From an uncultured Candidatus Saccharibacteria bacterium (lineage in GTDB: Bacteria; Patescibacteriota; Minisyncoccia; Minisyncoccales; CAZKCU01): a DNA stretch of 64,000 nt. Position 1 is the stretch's first letter, and each line of letters starts with the position of its first letter. The notes beneath the pieces were generated by a model. The model worked only from the letters and a program-made list of their open reading frames with translations. It was not told the DNA's origin and ran no database searches. The position numbers and the translations under genes were made by a program. The stretch lies in assembly GCA_964431915.1 (NCBI GenBank), contig CAYSLI010000002.1, positions 14,013 through 78,012 on the forward strand. The letters run 5' to 3'. Shown here one piece after another: positions 24,831 through 34,334 of this stretch.

Positions 24831-26858
24831 ATGATATTTTCATACGATTGGCTACAATCATTTTTTAAAAAAAGATTACCTAAGCCAGAAAAATTGGCTA
24901 AGCTTTTGACTATGTATTTTTTTGAAGTAGAAAGTCTAGGAAAAAAAGGTAAAGATTGGGTTTTCGATATCGATGTCTTGCCAAATAGGGCCTCTGATTG
25001 CTTTTCTCACTTAGGAATAGCAAGGGAAATAGCAGTTATCATAAACACTAATTGTCAACATCCGAGGTCCATTATTAAAGAAGACCAGAGGCAGAAAGCC
25101 AAAGACTTTGTTCAGGTTCAGGTCAAAAATAAACCAGCTTGTCCTCGATATACCGCCAGAGTGGTTACTGATGTTAAAGTTGGTTCTTCACCAAAATGGG
25201 TAAAGGCGAGACTAAAAGTTTGTGGGTTAAAGCCAATTAATAATGTAGTAGACATCGCTAATTATGTAATGTTAGAAACTGGCCAACCTTTGCATACTTT
25301 TGATGGTCAAAAGCTCGAGGGTAGAAAAATTGTGGTTAGACTTGCTAAAAAGCGAGAAAGAATTATTACCTTAGACGAAGAAAGATATGATTTGAATGAA
25401 GATATTTTAGTAATTGCTGATGCCAAAAAGCCAGTAGCTATTGCCGGAATTAAAGGTGGTAAAAATCCGGAAATTAATAGAAAAACAAAAATTGTGATAC
25501 TGGAGTCAGCTAATTTTAATCCTCGGGTAGTTCGAAAAGCTTCCAGAAAATTAGACCTAAAAACTGATGCTTCCCTAAGGTTTGAACATGGGATTGATCC
25601 AAATTTAACAGAATTGGCAATTAATAAAGCAGCCAGCTTGATTCAGGAAATTGCCGGTGGCAGGATAACCCAGGGTTTAGTTGATTTTTACCCAAAAAAA
25701 GTTTCCCCAAAAAGAATTAAATTGGATTTTGATTATGTTGAGAGATTATTAGGAGTAAAGATTTCAACTAAAGAGATAAAAAATATTCTAAGAAGATTAC
25801 AATTTAAAACTATCGAGAACGGTTCTCGATGGATATTGGTGGAAGTACCTACTTTTAGATTAGATATTTCAATTCCGGAAGATTTAATTGAGGAGATCGG
25901 CAGGATTTATGGATACCAAAAAATTCCTTCTCACTTCCCAATAGCAGCTTTAATTCCGCCCAAAAGAAACCTTGATATTTTTTGGGAAAATATGGCAAAA
26001 GATATTTTAAAGCAAGCTGGATTTACTGAAGTTTATAATTATTCTTTCATTGGTGAAAAGGAGGCAAAGATTTTTGGAGCCAAAAATCTAATTGAAGTAG
26101 AAAACCCGGTGAGTATAGAACAAAAATATTTGAGAGCAAGTTTGCTCCCGAATTTATTAAAAAATATCAGAAATAATATAAAAGAGTTGCCAGAGATTAA
26201 GATTTTCGAATTAGGGAAAGTGTTTAAGAAAACCAAAGATTTAAAAGAAAAAAGGATGCTTGGAGGAGCAATTATCGGCGATGCCTTTTTTGAAGCAAAA
26301 GGAGTCATCGATTTGTTGCTCAATAAATTTGGGATTTCAAATATTTGGTACGATGAATATCAACCGACTCCAGAAGAAAGTAAATTATCAATTTGGCAGC
26401 CACAAAAATGTGCTGAAATTAAAGTCAATCGTATGGAAATCGGATTTTTAGGAGAGATTTTGCCAAAAATTTTAGATGATTTTAAAATAAGCAGCAAAGT
26501 AGTCGTTTTTGACCTAGATTTTGAAAAATTACAAAAATTAACCTCTGAGGAACAAGAATACCAGCCAATTTCTTCTTATCCGGCAGCAGTTAGAGATATA
26601 GCTATCTTAGTTCCCAGAATGGTCAGGGTGGAGGAAGTTTTGAATATAATTAATGCTGCTGGTAGCTCTCTAATTAGAGATGTTGACCTTTTTGATATTT
26701 ATGAAGGAGAGGAGCTGCCCGAAGGAAAAAAGAATTTAGCCTTCCATATAGTTTATCAGTCAGAGAGTAAAACTTTATCTTCAAGAGAAATTAATAAGAT
26801 TCACCAGAAAATAATTAAAACCTTGGAAGAAAATCCAGGGTGGGAAGTAAGAAGATAA
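24831..26858 (+). CDS. pheT: phenylalanyl-tRNA synthetase beta subunit (no N-terminal OB/tRNA-binding domain)
   Basis: MIFSYDWLQSF start, B3/4 region NNVVDIANYVMLETGQPLHTFD, C-terminal FDIYEG...KNLAF. Confidence 0.92.
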   Translation: MIFSYDWLQSFFKKRLPKPEKLAKLLTMYFFEVESLGKKGKDWVFDIDVLPNRASDCFSHLGIAREIAVIINTNCQHPRSIIKEDQRQKAKDFVQVQVKNKPACPRYTARVVTDVKVGSSPKWVKARLKVCGLKPINNVVDIANYVMLETGQPLHTFDGQKLEGRKIVVRLAKKRERIITLDEERYDLNEDILVIADAKKPVAIAGIKGGKNPEINRKTKIVILESANFNPRVVRKASRKLDLKTDASLRFEHGIDPNLTELAINKAASLIQEIAGGRITQGLVDFYPKKVSPKRIKLDFDYVERLLGVKISTKEIKNILRRLQFKTIENGSRWILVEVPTFRLDISIPEDLIEEIGRIYGYQKIPSHFPIAALIPPKRNLDIFWENMAKDILKQAGFTEVYNYSFIGEKEAKIFGAKNLIEVENPVSIEQKYLRASLLPNLLKNIRNNIKELPEIKIFELGKVFKKTKDLKEKRMLGGAIIGDAFFEAKGVIDLLLNKFGISNIWYDEYQPTPEESKLSIWQPQKCAEIKVNRMEIGFLGEILPKILDDFKISSKVVVFDLDFEKLQKLTSEEQEYQPISSYPAAVRDIAILVPRMVRVEEVLNIINAAGSSLIRDVDLFDIYEGEELPEGKKNLAFHIVYQSESKTLSSREINKIHQKIIKTLEENPGWEVRR

Positions 26859-26861
26859 GAT

Positions 26862-28880
26862 ATGCCAAGAAAATCCAAAAAAATAAAAAAGCCAGACATA
26901 ATCAGAAAGACAACCAGAAAAAAAGCAACTTCGGATTATACAGCTAAAGACATTTATGTTCTCAAAGGTCTTGAGCCGATCCGCAAAAGGCCGGGAATGT
27001 ACATTGGCTCAACTGGTCCCGATGGTCTTCATCATTTAATATATGAAACCTGTGATAACGCATTAGATGAATTTATGGCCGGATACGGAAATCAGATGGA
27101 AGTTATGCTTTTGCCGAATAATCAAGTTAAAACTGTAGATAATGGTCGTGGTATCCCGGTAGAAAAACATCCCCAGACGAAAAAATCAGCCTTAGAAACA
27201 GTAATGACTACCTTGCATGCCGGAGCAAAATTTGGAGGTAAGGCTTACCGGGTAGCCGGAGGGCTTCATGGAGTTGGAGTTTCGGTAGTTTGCGCTTTAT
27301 CTAAATGGATGAAGGTTGAGGTTTGTCGGGGAGGATTAAAATATTCTCAAGAATATTCAAAAGGAAAAACGAAGACTAAAGTTAAAAAAATTGGCAAGTG
27401 CCGGGAGACAGGAACCACGGTTATTTTTGAGCCAGATCCAGAAATTTTTAAGGAAATAAATTTCGACCTCAAAAAAATTTTAAACCATCTTCGCCAGCAA
27501 GCCTATCTAACCAAAGGAATAAAAATAACTGTTTCAGATGAGAGAACAAAACAAAAGCAAAGTTATGCTTTTTATTTTGAAGGAGGCCTAGCTGCCTATG
27601 TCAAGTATCTGGTTGGGGGAGCGGTTCCCCGTCACTCAAATATTTTCTATTGTTCAGGCCTAAAAAATGGAATAATTGTGGAAGCTGCTTTTCAATATAC
27701 CCAAGAGTATGAATGTTATGAAGAAAGCTTTGCCAACAACATCTGGACCCAGGAAGGCGGCACTCATCTAACAGCTTTCCGAACTGCTTTGACCCGAACT
27801 TTTAATGATTATGCCAGGAGATTGGGCTTACTTAAGGGAACCGATGAAAACTTATCAGGCAAGGATATAAGAGAAGGTTTTACCGGAGTGGTCTCAGTTA
27901 AAATAAAAGAGCCCCAATTTGAAGGGCAGACCAAGGCGAAATTAGGAAACCCCGAAGCTAAGGTGGTAGTAGAAGGAGTAGTTTCTGAAGGTTTGACTGA
28001 TTTTCTGGAAAGAAATCCGGCAGACGCCAAAGCTATCATTGAAAATTGCCTCTTAGCTCAAAAAGCTAGAGCGGCAGCTAAAGCTGCTAGAGAAACAGTT
28101 TTAAGAAAAGGAATTTTGGAAGGTTTAGCATTACCGGGGAAATTAGCTGATTGCGCCTCAAAAAAACCTGAAGAATCAGAACTTTACATAGTGGAAGGCG
28201 AGTCAGCTGGAGGAAGCAGCCGTCAGGGCCGAGATAGAAAATTTCAAGCTATTTTACCTCTTCGGGGTAAAATATTGAACGTAGAAAGAGCTCGCTTAGA
28301 CAAAATTTTAGCCTCAAAAGAAATAAAATCTCTAATAATTGCTTTAGGGACAGCCATTGCCGAAGATTTTAATTTAGAGAAACTAAGATATCATAGGGTA
28401 ATCTTGATGGCCGATAGCGATGTTGATGGCCAACATATCCGGACTCTGCTTTTAACTCTTTTTTACCGTTATTTTAAACCAATTATTGAAAAAGGATATC
28501 TTTACATTGCTCAACCCCCGCTCTATAAAATTCAGGCTGGGAAAAAGATTGAATATGCCTATACCGAAGCTGATAAAGCTGAAATTCTTTCAGAATTTCG
28601 CAAAGGCAAAAAACAAAAGAAAAATGGCAAAAAAGAAGAAACAAAAGAAGAAAAACTCACCGGTATAACCATTCAACGATATAAAGGTCTGGGAGAAATG
28701 AATGCGATTGAGCTTTGGGAAACAACCATGAATCCAGAGAATAGAGTTTTATTAAAAGTCGATATTGAAAATAACAAACAGACAGATCGAATTTTTGATA
28801 CTCTAATGGGAAAAGAGGTATTACCGAGAAAGAAATTCATCCAGACCTATGCGAAAAAGGTTAAGAATTTAGATATCTAA
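26862..28880 (+). CDS. gyrB: DNA gyrase subunit B
   Basis: GLEPIRKRPGMYIG, GGLHGVG, EGESAGGS, PLRGKILNVE, MADSDVDGQHI. Confidence 0.95.
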   Translation: MPRKSKKIKKPDIIRKTTRKKATSDYTAKDIYVLKGLEPIRKRPGMYIGSTGPDGLHHLIYETCDNALDEFMAGYGNQMEVMLLPNNQVKTVDNGRGIPVEKHPQTKKSALETVMTTLHAGAKFGGKAYRVAGGLHGVGVSVVCALSKWMKVEVCRGGLKYSQEYSKGKTKTKVKKIGKCRETGTTVIFEPDPEIFKEINFDLKKILNHLRQQAYLTKGIKITVSDERTKQKQSYAFYFEGGLAAYVKYLVGGAVPRHSNIFYCSGLKNGIIVEAAFQYTQEYECYEESFANNIWTQEGGTHLTAFRTALTRTFNDYARRLGLLKGTDENLSGKDIREGFTGVVSVKIKEPQFEGQTKAKLGNPEAKVVVEGVVSEGLTDFLERNPADAKAIIENCLLAQKARAAAKAARETVLRKGILEGLALPGKLADCASKKPEESELYIVEGESAGGSSRQGRDRKFQAILPLRGKILNVERARLDKILASKEIKSLIIALGTAIAEDFNLEKLRYHRVILMADSDVDGQHIRTLLLTLFYRYFKPIIEKGYLYIAQPPLYKIQAGKKIEYAYTEADKAEILSEFRKGKKQKKNGKKEETKEEKLTGITIQRYKGLGEMNAIELWETTMNPENRVLLKVDIENNKQTDRIFDTLMGKEVLPRKKFIQTYAKKVKNLDI

Positions 28881-28895
28881 AAATCTTGACCGGGG

Positions 28896-28924
28896 TTGAC
28901 ATATAAGTTCTCTTTGGTTATTAT
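28896..28924 (+). promoter_or_regulatory. sigma70-like promoter upstream of secE-nusG-rplK
   Basis: TTGACA-17 nt-TATTAT. Confidence 0.45.
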
Positions 28925-28977
28925 AAAACTTGATGGCCAAGGAGGCCATTTTTAAAACTTCGAAAAGTTTTATAACT

Positions 28978-29178
28978 ATGAATATTCGCCAGTTTCCTAA
29001 AAAAATCTTAACATTTCTAAAAGAAGTCCGCCTGGAGATGAAAAAGGTTAATTGGCCAACAAGGCAAGAGACTTTAAGATACACTCTGATTGTCATTGGG
29101 GTTTCAATAGCCGTCGCTATATTTTTAGGAGGAATAGATTTTATATTCACTACCTTGCTTAATAAATTTGTATTATAA
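28978..29178 (+). CDS. secE: preprotein translocase subunit SecE
   Basis: FLKEVRLEMKKVNWPTRQET followed by one TM; position upstream of nusG; start uncertain (TTG 28930 also possible). Confidence 0.8.
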   Translation: MNIRQFPKKILTFLKEVRLEMKKVNWPTRQETLRYTLIVIGVSIAVAIFLGGIDFIFTTLLNKFVL

Positions 29179-29207
29179 ATTAACATCTTCGCTAGGGTAT
29201 TACCACT

Positions 29208-29753
29208 ATGCCAAAACAGCGTTTACCACAACAAAAAAATTGGTATGTTATTCACACTTATTCTGGATACGAGGACGCAGTTACCAAAAATTTAAAACAA
29301 AGAATTGAGTCTTTAGGCATGGAAGATAAAATTTTTAACGTCCTGGTGCCAAAAGAAAAAAAGATTAAAATTAAAAATGGGAAAAGAAAAGTAGTTGAAG
29401 AAAAAATTTACCCGGGTTATGTTTTAGTTGAGATGATTGTTACTGATGATTCCTGGTATGTGGTTAGAAATACTCCTAATGTAACTGGTTTCGTGGGAGC
29501 AGGAACTATTCCTGTTCCAGTTTCCGAAAAAGAAATTGAGATTTTAAAAAAGAGAATGGGAGTAGAAACTCCTCAATATAAAATTGATGTTAAAATTGGG
29601 GATCCAGTAAAAATTATTGACGGACCATTTAGAGACTTTGACGGAAAAGTTTCAGAAATTGATGCAGAAAGAGGGAAATTAAAGGTTTTAGTCAATATGT
29701 TTGGCCGTGACACACCAGTGGAATTGGATTCATTACAAATTAAGAAAATGTAA
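29208..29753 (+). CDS. nusG: transcription termination/antitermination factor NusG
   Basis: WYVIHTYSGYE, YPGYVLVEM, KOW motif GDPVKIIDGPFRDFDGKV. Confidence 0.93.
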   Translation: MPKQRLPQQKNWYVIHTYSGYEDAVTKNLKQRIESLGMEDKIFNVLVPKEKKIKIKNGKRKVVEEKIYPGYVLVEMIVTDDSWYVVRNTPNVTGFVGAGTIPVPVSEKEIEILKKRMGVETPQYKIDVKIGDPVKIIDGPFRDFDGKVSEIDAERGKLKVLVNMFGRDTPVELDSLQIKKM

Positions 29754-29756
29754 AAT

Positions 29757-30182
29757 ATGTTAAAGAAAATTAAAGCAGTAATTAAGATTCAAGCTCCGGC
29801 TGCCAAGGCAACACCAGCACCGCCAGTAGGACCTGCTTTAGCTCAGTATGGTTTAAATATCGCTGAGTTTTGTCAGAAATTTAACGAGGCAACAAAAAAC
29901 CAGGAAGGTTTTACTATTCCGGTAGAAATTACAGTTTATGAAGACCGGACTTATGATTTTAAATTAAAATCTCCACCAGCTTCTGAACTTTTAAAAAAAG
30001 CTGCCGGAATCGAAAAAGGCTCCGGCGAACCTAACAAAACAAAAGTCGGAAAAATTACCAGAGAGCAATTGAGAAAAGTAGCTTTGCAAAAAATGGCCGA
30101 TTTAAATACTGATGATATTAAAAAGGCAATAAAGATAATTAAAGCTACTGCCGAAAATATGGGAATTGAAATCAGCGACTAA
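29757..30182 (+). CDS. rplK: 50S ribosomal protein L11
   Basis: [33 protein letters not shown]. Confidence 0.93.
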   Translation: MLKKIKAVIKIQAPAAKATPAPPVGPALAQYGLNIAEFCQKFNEATKNQEGFTIPVEITVYEDRTYDFKLKSPPASELLKKAAGIEKGSGEPNKTKVGKITREQLRKVALQKMADLNTDDIKKAIKIIKATAENMGIEISD

Positions 30183-30197
30183 CTTAGCATTATTACT

Positions 30198-30776
30198 ATG
30201 ATTTTGTCTGATAGAGAAATTAAGAAATATTTAAGAACAGGTCAGATTAAAATAACTCCCAAACCAAATTTAAAAGAGCAATTAGGCCCTTGTTCCTTAG
30301 ATTTGCGATTAGGAAATGTTTTTAAAATATTTAAACGTACTAAATTTCCTTACATTGACCTTAAACAAGAACTACCGATTGATGAAATAATGGAGGAAAT
30401 TAAAATTAAAAGGCCCGACTCCTTGATTATGCAGCCGGGAGACTTTATTTTGGCTGTAACTGAAGAAGAAATTATACTGCCTTCGGATTTGATGGCTCGA
30501 CTTGATGGCAGGTCTTCTTTAGGAAGACTTGGAATAGTTGTTCATTCAACTGCTGCCAGATTTGATCCGGGTTGGAGAGGGCGAGCAGTAATGGAGCTTG
30601 GTAATTTGGGGGCTCTTCCGGTAGCTATTTATCCCGGGATGAGGGTTTGTGCCCTAACTTTTGAAACTCTTTCTAGTCCTTCTGAAACTCCATATTTAAA
30701 ACAGAAAGACCATAAATACGCAAAACAAAAATTTCCTTTGGCTAGCAAAATAAACCAGGAACCCAAATTAAAATAA
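30198..30776 (+). CDS. dcd: dCTP deaminase
   Basis: MILSDREI, GPCSLDLRLG, DGRSSLGRLG. Confidence 0.85.
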   Translation: MILSDREIKKYLRTGQIKITPKPNLKEQLGPCSLDLRLGNVFKIFKRTKFPYIDLKQELPIDEIMEEIKIKRPDSLIMQPGDFILAVTEEEIILPSDLMARLDGRSSLGRLGIVVHSTAARFDPGWRGRAVMELGNLGALPVAIYPGMRVCALTFETLSSPSETPYLKQKDHKYAKQKFPLASKINQEPKLK

Positions 30777-32362
30777 TGCCTTTTTTAACTTCTAACTTAA
30801 AAGTAAAATTTTTAGGCATTACTCCTGTTTTAAATAATAAAACAGGAGTTTTGAATCCTCAACAAATCGTGGCCCTGTCCAGCCTGACAACGTTTAAGGG
30901 AAAATCAATTGAAAAACTTCTAAAAGGAATTAAGAAAAAAGGTCAAAATTTAGATGAGAGAGTGAAATTAATTTTACAAAAGTCTTCTCTAAGAGGGCAT
31001 GCTTCTTTATCTACTACCCCCAGCCTTTGTTTGGCATTTGAGGGAAGTAAATTTTTAGATTCAGCTTTAACCGGGATTGTTTTTTCTTCATCTTTAATGG
31101 CTTCTGGCCGTCGGACTGATACTGCCATTAGAGATATTGTTTATCCAGATGAAATTTTTATCAATAAAAAAGCAAGGGAGATTTACAACAAAGTTTCAGA
31201 AAAAATTATTGAAACATTTAATTATTTTAGATCTCAGGGAGTCAGCAAGGACGAAGCAAGTAAAATTTTACAGTATGGAATTTACGGCACGGGTCTCATT
31301 CAGCTGCCAGTAGAATCGATTATTGGTTTAAAAAAAGAATATGAAGCTGAAAAAGATTGGATGCCAGCAGAAGTTGGAATGTTTTTAAGAAAAATAGAGA
31401 AGCAGGCTAAGAAATTGGGAATTGACAGGCTTTACGCTACCCGCCGAGCTGCCCCAAGAAATGTTTATCCTTATCCTAATATTTTTAAAAATCCCAAAAA
31501 ATCAAATATTGTTCGCGAAATAAGAAAAGAACAAAGATTATTTAAAGGAACAAAGTTAATTTCAATGGATGCTTTAATTACGCCAGCTTTGAAGAAAAAA
31601 CTCGCCAACTTAGAAAAGAAGAGCCGGAAAACATTTAGTTCTTTAAAACAAATTAAAAAAAATTGGATGGAACTTCTTGACTTACGTCAGGAAATTCTCA
31701 GAGACTACAATTTAGCTTTAAGATTTAAAGTATTGTCTTCTATTCCTTGGCGGGTTTGGGGAGAAAAAAAGAGACATCGAACTGTACCTCAGACTATAGA
31801 GTCAATATATTATTGCATTGAAAGAGCAATAAAGAAGTTTAACAATTTTAAAAAGCAAATTGGGAAAACAAAAATTAATAAAAAATTAATGAGAGAAATT
31901 GAAGAAGTTTTTTCTATCCCGCCTTCAATCAAAAAAAATCCCGAATTTTTGTCAGAATATCTTTTAACTGCCTTAAAATCTTTTGAAGGTTATCAAAAAT
32001 TACTTAAATTAAAAATTAAACCCAGAGAAGCTGTTTTTTTAATTCCTCGGGCAGTAAAAATTGATATTCTGCAGGATTATGATCTCTACAATCTTTTAAC
32101 TGGATATTATCCACTTAGATTATGCCCAACTGCTGAGGAGGAAATGAGAAGAAATACTTTAAAAGAAGTTTCGGAAATAAAAAAGGTCTTAAAAGAAAAA
32201 GGATATGGTTGGCTAAATAGATTTGTTGGTCCCAAATGTCAAATTATGGGTTTTTGTCCCGAAGAGAAAAGTTGCGGTATGATTTTGAGTTCAGTTAAAA
32301 ATTATAATGAAAAATTTCATCAGGAGATGAAAGATGAGTTAAAAAATTTAGCCAAACGATAA
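30776..32362 (+). CDS. long divergent ThyX-like (flavin-dependent thymidylate synthase family) protein, tentative
   Basis: RGHASLS...LAFEGSKFLDSAL and SSSLMASGRR in the N-half, KKRHRTVPQTIESIYY in the C-half resemble split ThyX motifs; dcd/tmk context. Confidence 0.4.
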   Translation: MPFLTSNLKVKFLGITPVLNNKTGVLNPQQIVALSSLTTFKGKSIEKLLKGIKKKGQNLDERVKLILQKSSLRGHASLSTTPSLCLAFEGSKFLDSALTGIVFSSSLMASGRRTDTAIRDIVYPDEIFINKKAREIYNKVSEKIIETFNYFRSQGVSKDEASKILQYGIYGTGLIQLPVESIIGLKKEYEAEKDWMPAEVGMFLRKIEKQAKKLGIDRLYATRRAAPRNVYPYPNIFKNPKKSNIVREIRKEQRLFKGTKLISMDALITPALKKKLANLEKKSRKTFSSLKQIKKNWMELLDLRQEILRDYNLALRFKVLSSIPWRVWGEKKRHRTVPQTIESIYYCIERAIKKFNNFKKQIGKTKINKKLMREIEEVFSIPPSIKKNPEFLSEYLLTALKSFEGYQKLLKLKIKPREAVFLIPRAVKIDILQDYDLYNLLTGYYPLRLCPTAEEEMRRNTLKEVSEIKKVLKEKGYGWLNRFVGPKCQIMGFCPEEKSCGMILSSVKNYNEKFHQEMKDELKNLAKR

Positions 32363-32410
32363 ATGTAACGAGCTTTTACTTCGTCACATTTCTTCGTTAG
32401 CTGTGAATTT

Positions 32411-32950
32411 ATGATTTTGGGGACTAAAAAACTTTTAGAGTTAGTTAAAACAAAAAAACTAATAGAGAATCTCTCTGAAAGAGAGTTAAAGAATCCTGAA
32501 GGAGCCGGTTTTGATTTAAGAATAGGGGAGTTATATACTATAAAGGGAAAAGGATTTTTAGGAATTAAAAAAAGAAAGACACCAGAAATAAAATTGGTTT
32601 CTAAATATCATAGTAAAAACCCAAAAAAAGTAATTCTTCAACCTAAGACCTATTACTTAATGAAAACTATTGAGAAATTAAATATGCCGAATAATCTTTT
32701 AGCTTTTTTTACTCCTCGCTCAACTCTTTATCGTTCAGGGGTCTATATTTTTGGTGGTCAAACTGCCCCTGGTTACAAGGGTGAGCTAACCACTGGAATT
32801 TATAATTTTAGAGCAGAGCCATTTGAATTAGAAATGGGTTCCAGAGTTTTACACCTGATGTTTTTTGAAGTCAAAGGAAAATCAAATTTATACCGTGGAC
32901 AGTGGCAAGGAGGTAGAATAACAACTAAGAAAAAAGAAAAGCAAATTTAA
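32411..32950 (+). CDS. dCTP deaminase/dUTPase-superfamily protein (second paralogue)
   Basis: NPEGAGFDLRIGELY, PRSTLYRSG; 179 aa. Confidence 0.6.
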   Translation: MILGTKKLLELVKTKKLIENLSERELKNPEGAGFDLRIGELYTIKGKGFLGIKKRKTPEIKLVSKYHSKNPKKVILQPKTYYLMKTIEKLNMPNNLLAFFTPRSTLYRSGVYIFGGQTAPGYKGELTTGIYNFRAEPFELEMGSRVLHLMFFEVKGKSNLYRGQWQGGRITTKKKEKQI

Positions 32951-32951
32951 A

Positions 32952-33575
32952 ATGCTTCAAAATCCCTATACGGGAAAACTTATTGTGATGGAGGGTTTAG
33001 ATGGTTCGGGGCAAAGCACTCAGGCAAACCTTTTAAAAGATTTTTTATTAAAGAAGGGCTATCAAACGGTTTTGACTAAAGAACCGACTCAAGATTCCAA
33101 AGATGGAAGAAAAATTAGAGAAGTTTTAGACAAAAAATCAGAGATTCAGCCTCAAAAATTACAAGAATTATTTGCTCAGGACAGAAAAGAACATTTAGAA
33201 GGTGTCATAATTCCTGCCTTAAAAGAAGGAAAAATTGTTATCTCTGATCGTTATTTCTTTTCCTCTTTTGCTTATGGTACAACTTCAGGTCTTGATCTAG
33301 GGTGGTTAATTGAAATAAATAATGATTTTCTTTTGCCCGACATTACTTTTTTCTTAAAAGTTTCTCCCGAGATTTGCCTAAAAAGAGTTGATGTGAGAAA
33401 TAAAAATAAAGAAAGAACTCTTTTTGAAGAAAAAGAGAAATTATCCAAAGTTTGGCAGGTCTATCAAAATCTTCCTAATCGTTTTGATAACATTTCCGTA
33501 ATTAATGGGGAAAAATCCATTGAAGAAGTTGCAGGATTTGTTAAAAAAATCATAAAGAAAGAACTAAAAATATGA
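32952..33575 (+). CDS. tmk: thymidylate kinase
   Basis: GKLIVMEGLDGSGQSTQ P-loop, ISDRYFFSSFAY. Confidence 0.9.
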   Translation: MLQNPYTGKLIVMEGLDGSGQSTQANLLKDFLLKKGYQTVLTKEPTQDSKDGRKIREVLDKKSEIQPQKLQELFAQDRKEHLEGVIIPALKEGKIVISDRYFFSSFAYGTTSGLDLGWLIEINNDFLLPDITFFLKVSPEICLKRVDVRNKNKERTLFEEKEKLSKVWQVYQNLPNRFDNISVINGEKSIEEVAGFVKKIIKKELKI

Positions 33576-34237
33576 AAATTGCTAAATTTATTGACCACAC
33601 AAATATAAATCTTAAAGCCATGACAAAGGACATCAAAAAGACTTGTCAGGAAGCTAAAAGGTATGGTTTTAGGGGAGTTTGCGTAAATCCCAAATGGGTA
33701 AAATTAGTTAAAAAAGAATTAAGAGGAACTGATATTAAAGTTGTTTGCTTAATAGATCCGCCAATAGGAGGCAGTTCCCACCAAAAGAGGATGGAACAAT
33801 GCCTAAAAGTAAAACAAGATGGAGCTGATAATTTGGATGTAGTAATGAAAATTAATGTGGCAAAACAAGGGAAGTGGGATGAGGTTTTAGAAGATTTAAA
33901 AGAGATCTGCGAAATTGTACCAAGTAAAGTAATTATTGGTTCGGGTTATTTGACTGATGAAGAAATAAAAAAAGCCTCAGAAGTTGTTAAAAAAGCAGGG
34001 GCTATTTGTGTTAAAACTTCAACTGAAAAAGGACCTTTAGAACACCGAGAATTAAAAGAAAAAGCTATTCATTTAAAAATTATGAAAAAAGCAGCTCCCG
34101 GACTTTTAATTAAAGCTGCTGGAAAAATTAAAACTCTAAAGGACTTAAAAATGATGGTAAAAGCCGGAGCAGATATTATTGGAACTAGTTCGGGAGTTGA
34201 GATTATAAAAGAGCTAAAAAATAAAAAAAGGAGCTAA
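33572..34237 (+). CDS. deoC: deoxyribose-phosphate aldolase
   Basis: IDHTNINLKA, YGFRGVCVNP, ICVKTSTE (Schiff-base Lys region), GTSSG. Confidence 0.78.
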   Translation: MKIAKFIDHTNINLKAMTKDIKKTCQEAKRYGFRGVCVNPKWVKLVKKELRGTDIKVVCLIDPPIGGSSHQKRMEQCLKVKQDGADNLDVVMKINVAKQGKWDEVLEDLKEICEIVPSKVIIGSGYLTDEEIKKASEVVKKAGAICVKTSTEKGPLEHRELKEKAIHLKIMKKAAPGLLIKAAGKIKTLKDLKMMVKAGADIIGTSSGVEIIKELKNKKRS

Positions 34238-34256
34238 TCTCTTTTTAGAGAATTAT

Positions 34257-34284
34257 AAAAAAGACTTGTGGACAGGTCTTTTTT
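34257..34284 (+). terminator. rho-independent terminator
   Basis: A-run, AGACTTG-TGGA-CAGGTCT, T6. Confidence 0.65.
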
Positions 34285-34334
34285 GTGTATTTTATACCCT
34301 TATTTTTTTCGTATAAATTTGGTATAATTTAATA

